The notes beneath the pieces were generated by a model. It was not told the DNA's origin, did not search any database, and saw only the letters and a program-made list of their open reading frames with translations. DNA of 64,000 nt from Clostridia bacterium (GTDB taxonomy: Bacteria > Bacillota > Clostridia > Oscillospirales > CAG-272): contig JAFVXH010000007.1 of assembly GCA_017501225.1 (NCBI GenBank), forward strand, positions 195,147 through 259,146, in the 5' to 3' direction. This document shows, one piece after another, positions 28,329-38,358 of this stretch (position 1 is the stretch's first letter; each line of letters opens with the position of its first letter). The position numbers and the translations under genes were made by a program.

Positions 28329-28362
28329 AAAAGCACTTCGCGATTTCGCGAGGTGCTTTTTT
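28329..28362. terminator. Bidirectional terminator
   Basis: aaaagcacttcgcga/tcgcgaggtgctttt between convergent genes. Confidence 0.65.
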
Positions 28363-28885
28363 ATGACAGACTTCCGTGCGAAAAAAGCACCGTGTCCCTT
28401 GTCAGCAGCAGCGTTCCAAAGCTACCGCCGCCATATCCCGACGCGATCGAGCCCGGGTTAAAGAGATACAGAGGTCGCGCAAGCGTTTGCCCGAGGAGCT
28501 CCTCGCCCGCAGAAAAGGTACGCAGCGTCGGACGGTGCGTATGCCCGAACAGCACGATATCCGCTCCCGCGGCAAGCGCGTGCCGCAAAAGATGCTCCTC
28601 TCCGCTTTTGACGGAGAATTTGTGCCCGTGCGTCAGTAATATCGTATGCCCCAAAAGCGCCGTCAGGCACTCCGTGGGCGGATTTTTTCCATCCCCCAGG
28701 GGAGAAAACCAATCGCAGTTTCCCGTCACACGGTAAAGCGAGGCATTCGCGGTATCCAGGGCGTCAAAATCGCGCAGCCCGTCCCCCAAAAAGAAAACGG
28801 CTTCGGGGGATTTTACTTGATGGGAGAGCACCTGCTGCATTCCCGCACGGTTGCCGTGCGAATCTGAAAAGATGATCGCCTCCAT
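28361..28885 (-). CDS. YfcE-like metallophosphoesterase
   Basis: SDSHG, LGDG, GNCD, THGH, GHTH, NPGS motifs. Confidence 0.88.
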   Translation of the reverse strand: MEAIIFSDSHGNRAGMQQVLSHQVKSPEAVFFLGDGLRDFDALDTANASLYRVTGNCDWFSPLGDGKNPPTECLTALLGHTILLTHGHKFSVKSGEEHLLRHALAAGADIVLFGHTHRPTLRTFSAGEELLGQTLARPLYLFNPGSIASGYGGGSFGTLLLTRDTVLFSHGSLS

Positions 28886-29046
28886 GCGCTCCTCCCCCTT
28901 GCCTGCATTTTTTCATCCGTCCATTATTATAGCATTTTTTAGCCGCCTTGTCTACCGCTTTTCGCAAAAAAAGGAGGACTTTTCACCCAAATTTCATCCT
29001 CGCCATATACTGCTCCTGAAAACAAAAACGAAAAAGGAGAATTGCT

Positions 29047-29277
29047 ATGGAATTGGATAGAAAAATGTTAGACCGTCTGCTTCGCATGAACGACGAGCAG
29101 CTCTCACAGCTCATCCGTCAGATTGCCGCCGAGGGTGGCATTGATCCCGCCTCTCTCGGTATCAACCCCGAAAACGTGCAAAGCATTCGCGCAGCCCTGG
29201 GAGGCGCTACCGAGGAGGACATCGCGCGCCTGAATGAGATCTATGCCGATTACAGGCAAAATCGGCGCTCGCGCTGA
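29047..29277 (+). CDS. Small hypothetical protein
   Basis: AAGGAG RBS; 76-aa helical protein. Confidence 0.7.
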   Translation: MELDRKMLDRLLRMNDEQLSQLIRQIAAEGGIDPASLGINPENVQSIRAALGGATEEDIARLNEIYADYRQNRRSR

Positions 29278-29303
29278 TACACGTGAACCGACAGGAGGTT
29301 TTT

Positions 29304-29828
29304 ATGGAGGAAAGTAATCAGTCCGCAAGGACAGAAAATCAATCCACGCCCCCGATTGGAGCGATTTTGCAGGGGATCGGACAAAATCCCGAAATGCTTG
29401 CGCGCCTTGGCAGCATCATGGAGGCACTGAAGGGGCAAGGCATACCCACGTCGCAGGCACAGGAGGCACAAGCACCGTCCCCCGCCGCCGAAGAACGGCA
29501 GGTCCCCCCTGATACAGCATCCGTTCCCGCGTCGTCGGAAGGGGTACATCCGGCAGGGGCTCCCGGCATCGACGGACTTTCCGCGCTCCTTTCCAATCCC
29601 GCGATGCTCGAAAAGCTCCCCTCGATGCTCTCGGCAATGAGGCCTATGCTCGCGACTGCGGGTGCGGGAGGTACGCAGGAAAAGCATCCGGCGCCCTCCC
29701 CCGCATGCTGCCGCGACAATCTGCTCCTCTCTCTCCGCCCCTTTTTGTCGCCCCCCAGACAGACGGCGCTCGATTCCATCCTGAAAATTGCAAAGCTTGG
29801 CGCCATGCTTGAGCAGATCAAACCGTAG
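29304..29828 (+). CDS. Hypothetical protein (NPEML/NPAML repeats; LLLSLRPFLSPPRQ C-terminus)
   Basis: GGAGG RBS; co-oriented cluster; sporulation link is inference. Confidence 0.7.
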   Translation: MEESNQSARTENQSTPPIGAILQGIGQNPEMLARLGSIMEALKGQGIPTSQAQEAQAPSPAAEERQVPPDTASVPASSEGVHPAGAPGIDGLSALLSNPAMLEKLPSMLSAMRPMLATAGAGGTQEKHPAPSPACCRDNLLLSLRPFLSPPRQTALDSILKIAKLGAMLEQIKP

Positions 29829-29841
29829 GAGGTGACGCAAT

Positions 29842-30261
29842 ATGTATTCCCGTTCCAAGGACCGTCCGAATGAAGCCGTAAAGGTTCCAAGGCATTACAG
29901 CGGTTGCGCCTTCTCCCCGACGCACAGAGTCCAGCCCATTCCAACGCCGCCGCCCACCAAGATCCCCGCTCCTTCCTGCCGTGAGGAGCCAAAGGAACGC
30001 TCCCATACGTCTGCGGAGGAGCGCTGCGAGGCGCATCCGACGCCACCGCTCCCGATCCCCGCAGCATCCGAGAACGCGCATTGCCAAGACAGCGCACTCC
30101 CTGTCAAGGGGCTTTTTGGAAACCTCGGACTTTCCTTTCCGTTTTCACACGGGATCGGCTTTGACGAGCTCCTGATCCTTGGCGTCATGCTTCTGCTTGC
30201 GGGCAGTGAGCAGGAAAGCGATACGTTGCTCTTTTTGTGTCTGCTTCTGTTTTGCGGCTAA
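29842..30261 (+). CDS. Hypothetical Pro-rich protein with DELLILG..LLL hydrophobic C-terminus
   Basis: GGAGG RBS; third gene of the cluster. Confidence 0.65.
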   Translation: MYSRSKDRPNEAVKVPRHYSGCAFSPTHRVQPIPTPPPTKIPAPSCREEPKERSHTSAEERCEAHPTPPLPIPAASENAHCQDSALPVKGLFGNLGLSFPFSHGIGFDELLILGVMLLLAGSEQESDTLLFLCLLLFCG

Positions 30262-30362
30262 AATGCACGACCGCATAGGTTGGGAGAAAATAATACTTGC
30301 TTTTTGCGCCAAACTGTGATATCATAATCACAAGGAAGATTGGATATCAAAGGAGGGCGCAC

Positions 30363-30881
30363 ATGAAGAAAAAAACGGTTTTGATCTGCTTGCGTGTGCT
30401 TCTTTGCATTTTGATCGCCCTGAACGCAGGCGTCATTCTGTCCTTTTCCTCACAGAACGCCGAAAGCTCCGAGCAGACCAGCATCAAGGTAACGGAGGGC
30501 ATCGCGCAGACGACCGTGAAGGATTACGCAAGCAAGCCGCAGGTCGAAAAGGATCGCATCCTGCAAAGCCTGAACGGCACGGTCAGAAAGCTTGCCCATA
30601 TGGCAGAATTCGCATCTCTCGGTGCGTTGGTTTTCGCTTTGCTCCTGACCTTTCGGATCAATTTGTGGATCCGATACGGGAGCTCCTTGGGTGCTGTTCT
30701 CCTGTTCGCTGTCATCGACGAGTGCACCCAGCTGGGCTCTGTCGGTCGTGTGGCAGAATTTGGCGACGTGATCATCGATCTTGCGGGCGCCGTCATTTCC
30801 TGCACCTGCATTTTGTCCGTCATCCTGCTCATTCGTTATTTCAAGCATCGGAAGTCTAAAAAGGGGGTGCCGTCGGCATGA
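30363..30881 (+). CDS. VanZ family membrane protein
   Basis: FSSQNAESS, VRKLAHMAEFASLG, DE..Q....GR....DVIIDLAG. Confidence 0.85.
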   Translation: MKKKTVLICLRVLLCILIALNAGVILSFSSQNAESSEQTSIKVTEGIAQTTVKDYASKPQVEKDRILQSLNGTVRKLAHMAEFASLGALVFALLLTFRINLWIRYGSSLGAVLLFAVIDECTQLGSVGRVAEFGDVIIDLAGAVISCTCILSVILLIRYFKHRKSKKGVPSA

Positions 30882-31639
30882 CCGTTACGTCGTATCAAAT
30901 CCATTCTCCGCGCCTGCCGTCTATGCTGATTGCCGTGGCATCGGATCTGCACGGGTGTCCTCACAAGGACGCAGTGGACGCCCTGCAACAGGCACGCCCC
31001 GATCTGATCCTGATCCCGGGAGATCTGATGGAGGATAAAATGCTTGCAGATCCGAGCAGCTCGGGATACGCCTTCTTGCGCGAATGCGTTTCGATCGCTC
31101 CCACCTTCTATTCCCTGGGCAATCACGAGATCGGCTGCTATCACAAGGGAAATCCGTGGCGGCATCCAACCCCGATCCCCCTGAGCGATCAGGCAAGAGA
31201 GGAGATCGCAAGGACGGGAGCCGTTTTGCTGGACAACGACGAGGTGACCTGGAACGGTGTGCGCATCTGCGGACTGACCTCGGGCATCAACGGCAAGGAG
31301 AACAAAGCGGACGCCGAGGTGCTTGCGCGCTTTGCCAAGGGCGACGCTCCGCGCATCCTGCTCTGCCATCATCCCGAGTATTTTTATCCCGATATTGCCA
31401 AAACTGATATTGAGCTGACGCTCTGCGGACACGCGCACGGAGGACAGTGGTGCTTTTTCGGACGCGGCGTCTATTCCCCGGGACAAGGGATCTTCCCAAA
31501 ATATACCGCGGGCGTTCTGGACGGAAGATGCGTCATCAGCCGAGGGCTTGGAAATCACACCCGCATTCCCCGTATTTGCAACCCGTGCGAGCTTCTTCTG
31601 ATCTCGCTCAATCAAAAAGCAGAAGAAAACCAAGTGTAA
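30878..31639 (+). CDS. Calcineurin-like metallophosphoesterase (YkuE-like)
   Basis: SDLH, PGDL, GNHE, LLCHHP, GHAHGGQ, SRGLG. Confidence 0.88.
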   Translation: MTVTSYQIHSPRLPSMLIAVASDLHGCPHKDAVDALQQARPDLILIPGDLMEDKMLADPSSSGYAFLRECVSIAPTFYSLGNHEIGCYHKGNPWRHPTPIPLSDQAREEIARTGAVLLDNDEVTWNGVRICGLTSGINGKENKADAEVLARFAKGDAPRILLCHHPEYFYPDIAKTDIELTLCGHAHGGQWCFFGRGVYSPGQGIFPKYTAGVLDGRCVISRGLGNHTRIPRICNPCELLLISLNQKAEENQV

Positions 31640-31673
31640 AAATCAAGAAAAATAAAAGATAGGAGAAAACGCC

Positions 31674-31982
31674 ATGAAGGTTCTTACCATTACAGCCGAA
31701 AACTTCGAGAAGGAAGTACTCCAAGCAAAAAAGCCCGTACTGTTGGATTTCTGGGCATCCTGGTGCGGTCCGTGCCGCATGCTCTCCCCCGTTGTGGATG
31801 AGATCGCGGAGGAGAACGACACGTTTATCGTCGGAAAGGTCAACGTAGACGAGCAGGGTGAGCTTGCGCAGTCCTTCGGAATCATGAGCATTCCCACGCT
31901 CATCGTCTTCCGTGACGGAAAGCCCGTCCGCCAGAGTCTTGGCGTTCAGCCCAAGGAAGCGATCCTTGAGATGCTGAACTGA
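31674..31982 (+). CDS. trxA: Thioredoxin
   Basis: WCGPC active site, SIPTL. Confidence 0.95.
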   Translation: MKVLTITAENFEKEVLQAKKPVLLDFWASWCGPCRMLSPVVDEIAEENDTFIVGKVNVDEQGELAQSFGIMSIPTLIVFRDGKPVRQSLGVQPKEAILEMLN

Positions 31983-32000
31983 TCGGTCAAACAAAAAAAC

Positions 32001-32030
32001 AGCCCTCTGCCGCATGGCAGAGGGCATTTT
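32001..32030. terminator. Bidirectional terminator
   Basis: gccctctgcc/ggcagagggc stem between convergent trxA and LRR gene. Confidence 0.6.
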
Positions 32031-32055
32031 CTATGCTATTTTAATGGAATCGAGC

Positions 32056-33684
32056 TCAGTTGTCGGATCCCGTTTCGTTTTTCTCCTCCGCCGTCTGTTC
32101 TGCGGAATCGGCATCGGCACTCTGTTCCCAGATCGCTCCGATCGCCGAGAAGATATTCTTGCGGACGGGGCGGACCGAATGCTGACGGTTTCTCTTTTTG
32201 GTGCGGGACAGACGTCGGCGGATCTCCGCGCGCAGCTCACGGCGACGCTCGATCGGCGTATTCTCGTCAGTCATTTCCTCAAACAGACACGCAATCTGAA
32301 GCTCGCTGTACAGAATGACCTGCGTCTGCTCGGCAATTCCCCACGTTTCGGCACGCGCTCTGAAAAATTTGGTCTTATCTGCGATGACCATTACCTCGAG
32401 CGCGGAGCATCCCTCAAAGGCACCGTGACCGACCGATACGCTTCCGTCGGGCAAAAGCACCGTAACCAGGGACGTGCAATCCGAAAAGGCGTGATCCTTG
32501 ATCGTCTTCAGTGTCGGGGGCAGCGTCACCGTATGCAGTGCGTGGCAATCGGCAAACGCCCGCTCCTCGATCACCTGCAGGGACTCGGGAATGTGTACCC
32601 GACGCAAGGAAACACAGCGCGAAAAGGCGGATTTTCCGATCTTTTGAACCGTGTCGGGCAATTGAATGGCATCAAGAGCGAAGCAAGAGGAAAACACCTC
32701 CTCGGGCAAAATCGTCAGGGACGCCTTCAGCTCCACTTGCGCCAAAGACTCACAAAAAGCGAACGCCTGACGGTCGATCTCCTCCACGGTTTCGGGAACG
32801 GAGATCCGCGCAAGTGAGGAGCATCCCGCGAAGGCGCCGCCGGCGATGCGACGAAGACCGGTAGGCAGATTGACGTGCTCCAGCTTTTTGCACGCGCAGA
32901 AGGAATGGATTCCAATATGCGTGATTCCTTCGGGGAGAACGGCCTCCCGTAAATTTTCACAGCAGGCAAAGGCGTAATCGCCGATGAAGCTCACCAAAGG
33001 CGGTACTGTAATCGACGTCAGCGAATCACACTCACAAAACGCGCCGCTTCCGATATAAGTCACACCTTCCGGAAGACGGATCTCACAAAGCGAGGGACAT
33101 TTTCCAAACGCGTATCTACCCACGGTCTTGATCCCCTGCGGCAAATCCACGCGGCGCAAGGACGGGCAGTTGAACAGCAGGCTGTGTCGGATCGCTGTGA
33201 TCCCCTCGGGAATCGCCAGCTCCTCCAACGCCTCACATCCGCAAAAGGCGTGCGCACCAAGGCTGTGCAGCCCCTGCGGAAGCACGGCGGTACGCAAGGA
33301 CAGACATCCGCGGAAGCAACCGTCGCCAATGGCGGTGACGCTGCGCGGAAGGATCGCGCTGCTCAGCGTCCGGCAATCCCGGAACGCCTCCTTTCCGATC
33401 TCGCGAAGTCCGGCGGGAAAAGAAACCGAACGCAGATTTTTGCAGCCGCGGAAGGCGTTTTCTTCAATCACGGATACGTTTTTCCCGATCACAACATCAA
33501 GAAGCGTCGTATTTCCGCGGAAGGCTCCCTCGGAAATGAGCGTGACAGAATCGGGAATGACGACCTCGGTCGCCTTCCCGTAATAACGAATGAACTCGCC
33601 GTTGCGAATTTCACTGTTTCGATATAATTCGTTTCCTTTGCCATCTCGCGCGTTGCGGGACGGTCCCGGGGACGCTTGTTTCAT
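32056..33684 (-). CDS. BspA-type (TpLRR) leucine-rich repeat protein
   Basis: Many 23-aa repeats of LxxVxLPxxLxxIGxxAFxxCxx; no obvious signal peptide. Confidence 0.88.
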   Translation of the reverse strand: MKQASPGPSRNARDGKGNELYRNSEIRNGEFIRYYGKATEVVIPDSVTLISEGAFRGNTTLLDVVIGKNVSVIEENAFRGCKNLRSVSFPAGLREIGKEAFRDCRTLSSAILPRSVTAIGDGCFRGCLSLRTAVLPQGLHSLGAHAFCGCEALEELAIPEGITAIRHSLLFNCPSLRRVDLPQGIKTVGRYAFGKCPSLCEIRLPEGVTYIGSGAFCECDSLTSITVPPLVSFIGDYAFACCENLREAVLPEGITHIGIHSFCACKKLEHVNLPTGLRRIAGGAFAGCSSLARISVPETVEEIDRQAFAFCESLAQVELKASLTILPEEVFSSCFALDAIQLPDTVQKIGKSAFSRCVSLRRVHIPESLQVIEERAFADCHALHTVTLPPTLKTIKDHAFSDCTSLVTVLLPDGSVSVGHGAFEGCSALEVMVIADKTKFFRARAETWGIAEQTQVILYSELQIACLFEEMTDENTPIERRRELRAEIRRRLSRTKKRNRQHSVRPVRKNIFSAIGAIWEQSADADSAEQTAEEKNETGSDN

Positions 33685-33710
33685 CGCATACCGCTCCTTC
33701 CGTTTTCGTA

Positions 33711-34646
33711 TCAGGACTCGATCCCCATCTGCTGCATCAGCCTTTTGTTCAGCTCCTCGGCGGTGTTGTAGCCCATGCGCTTCTGGCGATTGTTCATTGC
33801 GGCGATCTCCAGAATAATGGCAAGGTTACGGCCGGGACGGACGGGGACGGTGATGGACGGGACGTCAATGCCCAGAATATTGGTCTTTTCCTCATCCATG
33901 CCAAGGCGATCGTACATCTTGCCCTCTACCCAGTTTTCCAGCTGGATGGCAAGATCGATCCTCTCGGTATCCTTGACAGCACCCATACCGAACAGACGGC
34001 GGACGTCCACGATGCCGATGCCGCGAAGCTCCACGTAGTGACGGATCATCTCGGGAGCGGCACCGACCAGCGTTCTGTCGGATACGCGCTTGATCTCCAC
34101 AGCATCGTCCGCGATCAGACGGTGTCCGCGCTTGAGCAGCTCAATCGCGGTTTCACTCTTACCGATCCCGCTATCTCCCAGAAGCAAAAGTCCCTCGCCG
34201 TACACCTCCACAAGGCAGCCGTGTCTGGTGACGCGGGGAGCAAGATGGAGGTTCAGTGTGGAGATCAGGTTTGCCATGATCGCGCTGGTGGTGGCGCTTG
34301 TGCGCAGCACGGGAACACCGCGCAGGCGCGCGCGTTCAATAACGCAATCGTCGACCGTCAGAGAGGTCGTATACAGAATGGCAACGGGCTTTGCGTCCAC
34401 CAGCCTCTGCAGCATCACGCGCTTGGTGCTGGGCACAAGAGAATCCAGGTATCTTGTTTCCGCTTTGCCGATCAGCTGGATCCGCTCGGGTTCAAATACG
34501 TCGTAAAAGCCCGCAAGCGCAAGCCCCGGACGGTTGACCTCGGGGGACGTGATCTGTACCTGTTCAAAATTCTCGGGCTCCACAAGCACCTCAAAGTGCA
34601 TCTCCTGCACCAGCTTGGAAAGTGGGATGTGATAAACCTGCTTCAT
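33711..34646 (-). CDS. hprK: HPr kinase/phosphorylase
   Basis: NRPGLALAGF, GDSGIGKSETAIEL, HRLIADD, PVRPGRN. Confidence 0.96.
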   Translation of the reverse strand: MKQVYHIPLSKLVQEMHFEVLVEPENFEQVQITSPEVNRPGLALAGFYDVFEPERIQLIGKAETRYLDSLVPSTKRVMLQRLVDAKPVAILYTTSLTVDDCVIERARLRGVPVLRTSATTSAIMANLISTLNLHLAPRVTRHGCLVEVYGEGLLLLGDSGIGKSETAIELLKRGHRLIADDAVEIKRVSDRTLVGAAPEMIRHYVELRGIGIVDVRRLFGMGAVKDTERIDLAIQLENWVEGKMYDRLGMDEEKTNILGIDVPSITVPVRPGRNLAIILEIAAMNNRQKRMGYNTAEELNKRLMQQMGIES

Positions 34647-34836
34647 TCCGTTACACCTCGCTCGTTTCGTTTTTTCATACCGTGTAAGAAAAAATCCTCT
34701 TGGCTTATTCTACCATAAAAAGTGCGAATTGAAAATACCTTTTTGAAAATTTCGTTTCATTTTTATTCGATATTCATAAAAAAGACACAAGTATCCTGTA
34801 TAATAGAGACGTGAGTATCACTTGGAGGATAAAACA

Positions 34837-35862
34837 ATGAGAATTTGGAAGCGTGCGCTTGCCGTTCTGCTTGCGCTGTTTTGCCTGATATCGGTGCTGT
34901 GCGCCTGCGGAAACGAAAGGCAGGAGCAGAAGGTCATCGGAACCTGTGCCGGCTTTGACGTGCTGTACGAGGAATTGCGCTATCTGACGCTGACCTACAA
35001 GGACATTTTTGAGGACACCTACGGAGAGGGCATCTGGGATAATCCCGAAACCGCCGAGAAGTACCGTGCGGAGCTCGAGGAAACGGTGTTCCGCCTGATC
35101 CTGAACAATTACGCCGCACTGCGTGCCTGCCAGCACTATATGGGCGAGGAGGAAACTAAGAAGGCAATGAAGGATCAGGATATCCGCGCCTCGGTCGACG
35201 CCCAGATCCAGGAGGTCAAGCAGAGCTACGGCAGCAAGGGGGCATTCAAGGATGCGATGAAGGAAAACCACCTGACCGAGCATTTCTGGCGCTTTACCCT
35301 GACTGTAGCACAGCTGGAAAACGAGCTTTACTACGTCCTGACCGACGACTTAGGGCTTATCGAAAAGGATCACGAGGCATTCTACAATTGGCTCCGTGAC
35401 GGAAACAGCGTCTACGTTCAGCACATCTTCGTGGAAAACAACAAGGGCGAGGACAAGGAGGCAAACAGACAAAAGGCAGAGCAGATCCGCGATACGCTGA
35501 TCTCCTCGGCAGATCCCGCGGCGCTGGTGCTGACCCTTGCAAACGACTCCAACACGGACGAGGATTACTACAACGTCGATCCTTACTACATCGTGCGCGA
35601 CGTCTACACCGAGGAGGTCGAGGAGGCTGCATTCTCGCTCTCGGGCATCGGCAGCGTCAGTGACGTCGTCGAGGTGGAAACCGGCTTTTACGTTTTGGTT
35701 CAGGTCGCGGACGAGGAACCGACTCTGCTTTCCAAGACCCCCAGCCTGCTCTATTCCTACCAGTGGGCAAAGCTGGAGGCGATCATCGAGGGATTTAAAT
35801 CCGAAATTCAGCTTGAGCTTAACGAATACGGCAAGAGCATCGATCTGCTTGCCATTCGCTGA
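34837..35862 (+). CDS. Lipoprotein, PrsA/SurA-like parvulin chaperone
   Basis: Lipobox LCAC; VQHIFV and EEAAFSL..IGSVSDVVEVETGFYV parvulin-like segments. Confidence 0.7.
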   Translation: MRIWKRALAVLLALFCLISVLCACGNERQEQKVIGTCAGFDVLYEELRYLTLTYKDIFEDTYGEGIWDNPETAEKYRAELEETVFRLILNNYAALRACQHYMGEEETKKAMKDQDIRASVDAQIQEVKQSYGSKGAFKDAMKENHLTEHFWRFTLTVAQLENELYYVLTDDLGLIEKDHEAFYNWLRDGNSVYVQHIFVENNKGEDKEANRQKAEQIRDTLISSADPAALVLTLANDSNTDEDYYNVDPYYIVRDVYTEEVEEAAFSLSGIGSVSDVVEVETGFYVLVQVADEEPTLLSKTPSLLYSYQWAKLEAIIEGFKSEIQLELNEYGKSIDLLAIR

Positions 35863-35902
35863 ACACATCGGCAGACCGTAAGGAAAGGAAGGAGGAATTG
35901 CA

Positions 35903-36850
35903 TTGTCAAGATTTCATCGGCGACATCACCCCCGTCATCAAACAGGCAAAAAGCTGCCACCGTGGGCAATCCTTCTCATCTGTGCGGGGGCGGCGATCCT
36001 GGTCACGGTTCTGATCGGCAACCTTTTGCGGCTTTGGCTGGATGATGAAACCTATCATTCCTTAACCGACCAAAAGCCGCCTGCCACCACCGAGGAGCCG
36101 TACGTATCGAACGTCCCGCGGCTGAACGCCTATCCCTTCTCGGTTGGGAGCGATCTGACCGAGGCGGCATCCAAGCGTCAGCTTTCCCTTTCCATCAACA
36201 ATCCCGCAGGAGAGATCTGCTACCGATCCCCCGTGGCGGACTTTCAGGGGCGCGCGCGTCAAGGCGCCGAATCCCTTACCGAGGCAATGGGTGCTCTGAA
36301 CGCATACGGCACGTACGTCAGCGGCGTGTATTATCCCCAAGGCTTTGAGCACGCAGATCCCAATCTGCGCTACGCTGCGGCGGTGGAGGACAGTGCGATC
36401 CTGCGCGAATATCTGCAAATGGGGGGACGTGAGATCCTTTTGATCGGGCTGCCCTTTGCAAGCGAGGGTCTGGACTCCATCCTCTCCTATCTGAGGACCG
36501 TTCGGGACGCGATCGGCAATTCTCCTTTGGGAGTCGCAGTCACGCCCTCCGTCATTGAGGGGGCATACGGCAATCTGGTCCTTGAGGAGCTGCTGGGCAT
36601 CTGCGATTTTTGCGCGCTGGATCTGACGGGCGCGCAGCTGACCGATGAAACGGTAAACGAGATCGGCATCTGCATCGGCGTTCGCGACACCGTTCACGCG
36701 CTGGATTTTTACACCAAGCAGTATGACATGCGCCTGATCGTCACAGAGGAGCAGACACTGTTTGTCGATACCCTCCGCCTTCTGATGGTTTCCAATTTCC
36801 AGGTTCTTACCGCACAAAAGACAGAGGAGCCACCCGCACCGGAGCAATAA
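35903..36850 (+). CDS. Membrane-anchored hypothetical protein
   Basis: GGAGG RBS, TTG start, N-terminal TM helix, alpha/beta soluble domain. Confidence 0.65.
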   Translation: MSRFHRRHHPRHQTGKKLPPWAILLICAGAAILVTVLIGNLLRLWLDDETYHSLTDQKPPATTEEPYVSNVPRLNAYPFSVGSDLTEAASKRQLSLSINNPAGEICYRSPVADFQGRARQGAESLTEAMGALNAYGTYVSGVYYPQGFEHADPNLRYAAAVEDSAILREYLQMGGREILLIGLPFASEGLDSILSYLRTVRDAIGNSPLGVAVTPSVIEGAYGNLVLEELLGICDFCALDLTGAQLTDETVNEIGICIGVRDTVHALDFYTKQYDMRLIVTEEQTLFVDTLRLLMVSNFQVLTAQKTEEPPAPEQ

Positions 36851-36861
36851 CGGAATCGCTT

Positions 36862-36899
36862 GACGGGAGCGCAAGATCACTTGCGCTCCCGTCCTTTTT
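36862..36899 (+). terminator. Intrinsic terminator
   Basis: gacgggagcgcaag-atca-cttgcgctcccgtc plus T-tract. Confidence 0.8.
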
Positions 36900-37006
36900 G
36901 CTTTTTGCCAATATTTGCGCATAGATGTTGACTTTTTAGAAAAAATATGATAGAATAAGATGTTAAATTGGGTTCGTATCGACGTTTTCAGAAAGGAGTG
37001 GAACAA

Positions 37007-38320
37007 ATGGTCTGTATCACCGCTGTCGCACGGGACAGTCACGCCGCGCGCGCAGGGATCACCTCGGGCGATTACCTGATCTCGATCAACTCACACCCGA
37101 TCCGCGACGTTTTGGACTACCGCTTCTATCTGACCGAGCGCAGGATCAGCCTGCAATTGCGCCGTGGCGAGGAGGACTACACCGTTCTCATCCAAAAGGG
37201 AGAATACGAGGATATCGGGCTGGAATTCGAAACGCCCCTGATGGATCGCAAGCATTCCTGCGCAAACAAATGCGTTTTCTGCTTTGTCGATCAGCTTCCC
37301 AAGGGCATGCGCAAATCCCTTTACTTCAAGGACGATGACGACAGACTTTCCTTCCTGCACGGCAACTACGTCACACTGACCAATCTGACGGATGCCGACA
37401 TCGACCGTCTGATCACCATGCACATCTCCCCCATCAACGTGTCGGTCCATACCACCAACCCCGAGCTGCGTGTCAAAATGATGAAAAACAAGCGCGCGGG
37501 AAAGGTGCTCTCTTATCTGGATCAATTGGCCGCCGCAGGCATCTCGCTTTGCACGCAGATCGTGCTTTGCAAGGGTTTGAACGACCGCGAGGAGCTGACA
37601 AGATCCATGCAGGATCTCGTTCGCCTCTACCCTGCCCTGCGCTCCTGCGCCATCGTACCCGTGGGGCTGACCAAGCATCGGGAGGGTCTGTACCCCTTAG
37701 AGGCATTCTCCCGCGAGGATGCCGCTGCGGTCATTGCGCAGGTGAACGCCTTTGGCGAGGAGTGCCTGAAAAAATTCGGCACGCGCCTCTTTTACTGTGC
37801 CGACGAATTTTATCTGCGCGCTGATCTTCCTATGCCAAGTCAAGACTACTACGAGGATTACTCCCAGATTGAGAACGGCGTGGGAATGATCACCTCCCTC
37901 TCGGATGAATTTGCGGACGAGCTGGAGGAGCTTCCGCAGCTGTTGCAGGATTTTACCGCCCCGCGCACCGTTTCGGTCGCGACGGGCGTTGCCGCATACG
38001 GGCATATCCGCGCGCTTTGCGAGGAGCTGGAGCGTCGCGTCCCCGGCTTGAAGATTTACGTCTATTGCATCGAAAACCGCTTCTTCGGGGAAAGCGTCAC
38101 CGTAGCGGGACTTCTGACTGGGAAGGACGTGTGCGAGCAGCTGACGGGCAAGCCCTTGGGAGAATTGCTCCTCTATCCTGCCGCTATGCTGCGCGCGGAC
38201 GAGGAGATATTCCTCGACGACATGACGCCCGCACAGCTCTCCGATTCGCTTGGCGGAATCCCCGTTGCCCCCGGTCCCAACGACGGTGCGGCGCTTCTTC
38301 ACTCCCTCCTGGGAGTCTGA
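37007..38320 (+). CDS. PDZ + radical SAM protein (DUF512 family)
   Basis: CANKCVFC CxxxCxxC motif, YFKDDDDRLSFLHGNY, QIENGVG, GLLTGKD; upstream of der. Confidence 0.88.
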   Translation: MVCITAVARDSHAARAGITSGDYLISINSHPIRDVLDYRFYLTERRISLQLRRGEEDYTVLIQKGEYEDIGLEFETPLMDRKHSCANKCVFCFVDQLPKGMRKSLYFKDDDDRLSFLHGNYVTLTNLTDADIDRLITMHISPINVSVHTTNPELRVKMMKNKRAGKVLSYLDQLAAAGISLCTQIVLCKGLNDREELTRSMQDLVRLYPALRSCAIVPVGLTKHREGLYPLEAFSREDAAAVIAQVNAFGEECLKKFGTRLFYCADEFYLRADLPMPSQDYYEDYSQIENGVGMITSLSDEFADELEELPQLLQDFTAPRTVSVATGVAAYGHIRALCEELERRVPGLKIYVYCIENRFFGESVTVAGLLTGKDVCEQLTGKPLGELLLYPAAMLRADEEIFLDDMTPAQLSDSLGGIPVAPGPNDGAALLHSLLGV

Positions 38321-38358
38321 TCACATCACGGAGCTTTTCCGTAAAGAAAGGATTACTC

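Noticed and set aside
33681-33689. Mini-ORF ATG-CGA-TGA overlapping the LRR start
   Set aside because: RBS spacing fits the LRR ATG at 33684 better; probably chance
38017-38358. N-terminal extensions in the ORF track (der; likewise murC, sufB-like, cell wall hydrolase, SBP)
   Set aside because: RBS positions and family N-termini support the shorter downstream starts
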